Assembly (NCBI GenBank): GCA_031549365.1
Contig: JAVBPX010000006.1
Location: 1 to 54,153, forward strand
Direction of reading: 5' to 3'
Origin: Alphaproteobacteria bacterium
Lineage (GTDB): Bacteria; Pseudomonadota; Alphaproteobacteria; Rs-D84
DNA: 54,153 bases
The notes beneath the pieces are model-generated. The model saw nothing but the letters and a program-made list of their open reading frames with translations, was not told the DNA's origin and searched no databases. Shown here piece after piece: positions 47,996-54,153 of the stretch. Positions within the stretch are counted from its first letter, which is position 1, and each line of letters starts with the position of its first letter. Position numbers and translations under genes: made by a program.

Positions 47996-48235
47996 ATGGT
48001 AGCCAAGAAAAAAGTTGCACCAAAAAAGGTTGCTTCAAAAAAAGTTAATAAGCCAATGGTTGAAGCCAAGCAATGCAATTGTGGTGGCGATTGTGCGTGT
48101 CATGCAACACCAAATGAAATGGCGGTTCGTCATTTAAAACAGTTTCGGATGTTCAGTTTGGTTTTGATAGTTTTATTGACGATTTTATTGGTGGCGTTTT
48201 TTGTGAGTAGGCCCACGATTCAAATTTTCATATAA
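47996..48235 (+). CDS. Small membrane protein (basic N-terminus, CxCGGxCxC motif, C-terminal TM)
   Basis: GGAGG SD, TATAAT upstream. Confidence 0.7.
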   Translation: MVAKKKVAPKKVASKKVNKPMVEAKQCNCGGDCACHATPNEMAVRHLKQFRMFSLVLIVLLTILLVAFFVSRPTIQIFI

Positions 48236-48248
48236 TTTTAATTGCAAA

Positions 48249-48281
48249 GATTGCCATGGGGTCGTGACCCCTCGCAATGGC
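48249..48281. repeat. REP-like palindrome (GATTGCC...CTCGCAATG)
   Basis: gattgccatggggtcgtgacccctcgcaatggc; relative at 14826-14857. Confidence 0.6.
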
Positions 48282-48325
48282 ATTATAAAAAACTCTGCGA
48301 TGCAGAGTTTTTTGTTTGGTTTGCT

Positions 48326-49279
48326 TTAACGCGCGACATCGCCAGCGATTTTTTCATGGCAAATATAGTTTTCCAAAATAAAATCTTTGGCTGTCCAATT
48401 CAACATTCCATTCCAGTTTTCATCCGGAATTTTAACAGTTGGCAATTTTTTTGGTTCGCGAACTAATTGTAATTTTGTTTGTTCAATATGATTTACATAT
48501 ATATGTGCATCATGTAATTCCCCGGTTAACATGTGCGGGGTCAGGCCGCTTTCTTTGGCGTATAATAACAATAACAAAGCATAGCTTGCAATGTTATATG
48601 GTACACCCAAGAACATATCGCATGAACGTTGTGTCCAAGTTAATGAAATTTTACCATCGCGTACAATCAATTGGTGCATTAAATGACATGCGGGTAAACC
48701 CTGTTGCGGAAGGTCAATAGGATTCCATGCATTAACAATCATTCGACGATCCGAAGGATTGTTTTTCAATTTCCAAATTGCTTCGGCCATTTGGTCGATG
48801 CCTGGGTTTTTATGATCAAAATTGTCAGTTGGGTCAATCGCGATTCGTGCCGGGTCCCATTGATATTTACTGCCCAGGTGGCGCCATTGATACCCATAAA
48901 TTGGGCCAACGTCACGTTCGTTATCGATGATTTTATTTTTTAATGCTTTCTTTTCATCATCAGTCAAATTTGGGTTTTTGGCCAGTTGGCGTTCGTATTC
49001 TGCGTTAACTTTCGTCGGGTTTGACCATTCATCCCAGATGTGACATTTGCGATCTTGGAGCCATTTTTTATCAGTAATTCCACGAATAAAAAATTCCAAT
49101 TCGGTTGCAATATTTTTTAATCCCATTTTCTTGGTTGTAATTAACGGAAAGCCGTCCGCCATATTATGTTTAAATGTTGCCCCGTCAGGTAACCCGATAT
49201 CCGGTATTCCGGTGCGGTTTTCACGAATGTCATGACAGGTAGTGATGATTTTTTGCATGATATCCAAGTATGCTTTCAT
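48326..49279 (-). CDS. thyA: Thymidylate synthase
   Basis: FPLITTKK, IWDEW, GPIYGYQWR, RRMIVNAWNP, LPACH, QRSCDMFLGVPYN, HIY; start ATG 49279. Confidence 0.96.
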   Translation of the reverse strand: MKAYLDIMQKIITTCHDIRENRTGIPDIGLPDGATFKHNMADGFPLITTKKMGLKNIATELEFFIRGITDKKWLQDRKCHIWDEWSNPTKVNAEYERQLAKNPNLTDDEKKALKNKIIDNERDVGPIYGYQWRHLGSKYQWDPARIAIDPTDNFDHKNPGIDQMAEAIWKLKNNPSDRRMIVNAWNPIDLPQQGLPACHLMHQLIVRDGKISLTWTQRSCDMFLGVPYNIASYALLLLLYAKESGLTPHMLTGELHDAHIYVNHIEQTKLQLVREPKKLPTVKIPDENWNGMLNWTAKDFILENYICHEKIAGDVAR

Positions 49280-49354
49280 TTTTTCTTTCCTGTTTGGGTT
49301 TGTATTAAATTTGGTTTTTGCACATCCTCTTTCTGGGTTACAGAGTGGCAATAA

Positions 49355-50437
<1,083 letters not shown>

Positions 50438-50477
50438 ATCCCGTATAATGTAATATTATAGGGAAAGAGGATTGTTC

Positions 50478-51746
50478 ATGCAGAAATTATTTGCATTATT
50501 GGGTATGGTTGCAATCGTATCGGTTGCGCATGCTGATTATTTCATGGATTCAGGGGTTGCGCGTTCTGCAGTTTCTGGCAATAATACTGTTCGTGTATCG
50601 GCCAGTGATATTGCGCCGCGCGCAGCATCCAACAACAGTTCAACGCGTGGAAATGGTTCCGCCAGTTTAACCAGCCAATATCGCAGAAACCAATTGAATT
50701 CATATTACATGGTGGCGACTCCGGATGTGGACAGTGTTTGTCGTACGAAAATTTTCGAATGTTTGGCTGAATATTGTGGCGATGTTACGGTGTTGCCTGG
50801 GCAGCGTGGATCCCGTTGCGATTACGCGACCGAAGGAGAATTATACAATTGGACTTTGATTTGTTTGCAAAAGGATAATTCAAATTTAATTCCGCAATAC
50901 AACACAAATTTACAAACTTCGGGCCGCGGTATGAATACTGCTGCGCGTTTATGCCCGTCGTACGTTCAGCAAGAATTAATGAGTTATTTATCCATGGCAA
51001 ACATGGCCGAGAAATTAACTTTGCAGCGTTCGTCCGAATGTATGACAAAACGTGCAGAATTGGAAGCTGCGATGACTTGCCACGAAGTTGCTTTGTCATA
51101 TGGGAATGAAACAAACAATGTTTTGGTTTCGAATTTAACTGATGCCTGTGGTGATGGTGTTCATGGTGGATCGTCTGCAATGGTTCAAAAGTTTTCAACT
51201 GCTGGCAATGTTGGTGGAAATATTTGGGGATGGGTTGAAAAAACCGTTACTTTGGATTTATCCAAAAAGGGCGCCAATTGGCAGGAAGCAATGGATTCAG
51301 TATTGGCCGGGTATGTTAATCGTATGAATTTGGCCTGTGGTGAAAATTTGCAATTACAGGATCAGGCCAGAACGCCAGAAACCAATACGGTTCAAGTTTT
51401 GGGTACGGCATTATTGGCCGGACAAAATGCCGCGTTGAATGTTCAAAATTCGGCAAATGTTGCGCCAGCTGCGAAATTGACGTTGGACATCACATCGAAT
51501 TCGCCGGTTTATGATTATTCGACTGCGAAACAAGTGATTCAGGCTGGATTAACAAATTCAGTATTAACACAAAATGCGTTTTTAACATCCGCGCAAATGT
51601 CGACAATGCAGGATAATTACAAAAATGGAACCAAGGTATTTATTTTACGTGATTCCGCCCGTTGTTATACCGTTGTTATGGGGGCGTTGAGTCAGACCGA
51701 GAGTGCGTTGGTGGCCCAGCAGTACGCATCCTGTGTAGCAAATTAA
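50478..51746 (+). CDS. Cys-rich secreted hypothetical protein
   Basis: Signal peptide ending AHA, AGAGG SD. Confidence 0.8.
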   Translation: MQKLFALLGMVAIVSVAHADYFMDSGVARSAVSGNNTVRVSASDIAPRAASNNSSTRGNGSASLTSQYRRNQLNSYYMVATPDVDSVCRTKIFECLAEYCGDVTVLPGQRGSRCDYATEGELYNWTLICLQKDNSNLIPQYNTNLQTSGRGMNTAARLCPSYVQQELMSYLSMANMAEKLTLQRSSECMTKRAELEAAMTCHEVALSYGNETNNVLVSNLTDACGDGVHGGSSAMVQKFSTAGNVGGNIWGWVEKTVTLDLSKKGANWQEAMDSVLAGYVNRMNLACGENLQLQDQARTPETNTVQVLGTALLAGQNAALNVQNSANVAPAAKLTLDITSNSPVYDYSTAKQVIQAGLTNSVLTQNAFLTSAQMSTMQDNYKNGTKVFILRDSARCYTVVMGALSQTESALVAQQYASCVAN

Positions 51747-51837
51747 ATCGCATAATTCTGACGCGATTTATTGGGGTCTGCGTTTTGATTGATTTCAAAG
51801 AATGCTTTGGTTGTTTTTTGATTGGGAATTTTTAATC

Positions 51838-52341
51838 TTATTTGTTTTTATGTGTTTTCAGTTTGGCTTCAATGAAACTATTTAATATACTGCTGGCATA
51901 TACCGGCAGGCTTTCAAATTGTAATAGGGATGCGGTTTGCATTACGGCAGAATCTCGGATTTGTAATGGTTGGGTTACAGTGCCGTTCAAATTTATTATT
52001 CCGCGAGCTAAATCCAACGAAAAAGCGCGACACAATGCATAAACCGATCCAGATAACACACAATTACGATTTAGTGTTTTGTAAATGCTGTCGTTTGGGA
52101 ATGGATCATTTTTTGCGTCATGTCTTTTTATTATTTCGATGTATGTTAAATTGTTTTTATAGTATTGTCCTTGAATTACGTCGGTTATATGTGTGTTTTG
52201 TATTATGTTCTGGGCGGCCAAAGTAGTGTTAATCAGAACGCGTTGATTGTTATAATAAAATTCTGGTTCTATGATTTCAATGGCGCGAATGCGCAGGTCA
52301 AAAATTTCGTTTGGCTTTGTTTGGATGATTTCATTTTTCAT
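51838..52341 (-). CDS. Hypothetical protein
   Basis: AAGGA SD, 167 aa. Confidence 0.65.
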   Translation of the reverse strand: MKNEIIQTKPNEIFDLRIRAIEIIEPEFYYNNQRVLINTTLAAQNIIQNTHITDVIQGQYYKNNLTYIEIIKRHDAKNDPFPNDSIYKTLNRNCVLSGSVYALCRAFSLDLARGIINLNGTVTQPLQIRDSAVMQTASLLQFESLPVYASSILNSFIEAKLKTHKNK

Positions 52342-52457
52342 AATAGTTCCTTGTTCTTATATCACGATAATAGTTAAAATTTTAATGTTGTCAACCATTT
52401 TAAGTTGATATTGGCGTATTGTGTGGTATAATATGTTGGTAGAAAAAGGATATTGGT

Positions 52458-53574
52458 ATGGCGATTGATGTAAATGACATGATGAAAAAAATTAATGCGG
52501 ATTTGTCTGTGATTCGGGGGTTTCTTTGACCCGGATAGTATAAGTCGTGAATTAAACGATTTGGAAATCCTGGTAAATAATCCAGAATTATGGAATGATG
52601 CAGATGCCGCGCGCGTTGTAATGCAAAAGAAATCTGCGTTGGAGCGAGTGTTGAATGATTTTGTTGACTTGGAACGCGATGCCGCAGATTTATCCGATTT
52701 ATATAATATGGCTGTATCCGAAAATGATATGAAAACTGTTGCGGATATTGAAAAATCAATTATTGATTTGGCCCATCGTGTTGATGATGCGAAATTGGTT
52801 ACTTTGTTTTCGGATCCTGCGGATAAAGCTGGTGCGTTTTTATTTATCCAAGCCGGTGCCGGTGGGACCGAGGCCCAAGATTGGGCATCTATGTTGGCAC
52901 GCATGTATGTTCGTTGGGCGGAACGTCATGGATATGTTGTTGATGTTATTGATGAACATCCGGGGGATGAGGCTGGCATTAAATCAATTACTTTGCAAAT
53001 TGCTGGATTACGTGCTTATGGTTGGTTAAAGGCGGATGCTGGTGTTCATCGTTTGGTTCGGATTTCCCCGTTTGATTCAAATGCGCGGCGACATACTTCG
53101 TTTGCATCTGTTGATGTTTGGCCAGATATTGATGATGACATTGTTGTCGATATTGCCGACAAAGATTTACGAATTGATACATATCGGGCCAGTGGTGCAG
53201 GTGGGCAACACGTTAATAAAACCGATTCTGCCATTCGGATTACACATATTCCAACCAATATTGTTGTTACGTGTCAAACAGATCGATCACAGCATAAAAA
53301 TCGTGATATGGCGATGAAAATGTTGAGATCAAAATTGTACGAATTGGAAATGAAAAAACGTCAGGAAGCCGAGGCCGCATCCAAAGAAGGGCAAAAGAAA
53401 ATTGAATGGGGATCACAAATTCGATCATACGTTTTACAGCCATATCAAATGGTCAAGGATTTACGCACAGGTGTCGAGAGTACGGATCCTGATTCCGTGT
53501 TGGATGGGGATATTGATCGATTTTTGATTTCAATGTTGCAAAATAACGTAAAAACCGATTCGGGAATGAATTAA
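52458..53574 (+). CDS. prfB: Peptide chain release factor 2 with programmed +1 frameshift
   Basis: ATG 52458; GGGGG-TTT-CTT-TGA-C slippery site at 52516-52530; +1 frame has SPF and GGQ motifs. Confidence 0.96.
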
Positions 53575-53682
53575 TTTTTAAAAGATCGTGTAAATTATGT
53601 GCTTTTTATTAAATGATTTTGGTTGACAAATAGTAATTTGCGTTTATTATATGTGTATGATAATTAAAACAAGGGGATTGTT

Positions 53683-54153
53683 ATGGTTGCTCTGACGGTT
53701 GATATGCAAAAACGTTTGGAAAACGCAGTGGAAAAGGCGGATGTGAAAACATTGGCGGTGTTTGCTGGGGTTAATTCCAGTGTCGTGGATAGAAATATCG
53801 ATGTGTTGCTTGGTTTTATAGAGGCAAATAATTATGCCGCAATTTTAAAAATGGCTATTGGTAGTTTTAATTCAGGCGATTTTTATGCTGTATATTCGTC
53901 GATTAAAAATGTGAATGATAGGGAATCGTTGTTAAAGATTCAGAATAATTATGGAAATACAGTTTTGCATTTAATGGGTGATGAATATAGGGTTCAGGTA
54001 ATCAAGAGTTTAAAGCCAGAGGTTATGGAATCGTTGTTAAAGATTCAGGATAATGATAAAAACACAGTTTTGCATTTAATGGGTGATAAATATAGGGTTC
54101 AGGTAATTAATGGTTTAAAGCCAGAGGTTATGGAATCGTTGTTAAAGATTCAG
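53683..54153 (+). CDS. Ankyrin-like repeat protein (runs off window end)
   Basis: ATG 53683 with AAGGGG SD; 105 nt / 35 aa tandem repeat ESLLKIQ.N..NTVLHLMGD.YRVQVI..LKPEVM starting at 53923, 54028 and 54133. Confidence 0.8.
   Translation, partial: MVALTVDMQKRLENAVEKADVKTLAVFAGVNSSVVDRNIDVLLGFIEANNYAAILKMAIGSFNSGDFYAVYSSIKNVNDRESLLKIQNNYGNTVLHLMGDEYRVQVIKSLKPEVMESLLKIQDNDKNTVLHLMGDKYRVQVINGLKPEVMESLLKIQ

Noticed and set aside
52458-52560. prfB pseudogene or sequencing error
   Set aside because: Canonical programmed frameshift signal.

Overview
Chromosomal segment of an AT-rich alphaproteobacterium. The lexA promoter has alpha-type GAAC-N7-GAAC-like boxes, and the gene style suggests a small-genome, probably host-associated lineage (inference). 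Housekeeping genes are scattered rather than in long operons: clpB, serS, rplU-rpmA, accB-accC, lexA, secG, ackA, mrcA/PBP1A, thyA, obgE, prfB with its +1 frameshift, and tRNA-Phe(GAA), tRNA-Arg(CCG) and tRNA-Arg(ACG). Many orphan genes lie between them. Notable structures: (1) A mirror-symmetric ~8 kb surface-glycan cassette (19.2-27.4 kb). Its centre is a restriction-modification-type controller (C) protein gene with a C-box-like double operator, between two divergent RgpF-like paralogues that share long inverted repeats. Two convergent Mtd_N tail-fibre-like genes bracket it. (2) Dispersed podovirus/BPP-1-like virion genes (portal plus Bbp19-like, three Mtd_N genes with a shared promoter and two-hairpin leader), with no prophage around them. 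(3) A GTPase-less FtsZ-like protein translationally coupled to a membrane-anchored GH108 lysozyme. (4) Several families of palindromic intergenic repeats, some apparently captured in frame inside a gene. (5) Two long structured leader/ncRNA candidates. (6) A set of orphan proteins sharing basic C-termini. All family assignments are by eye from motifs; no searches were run.
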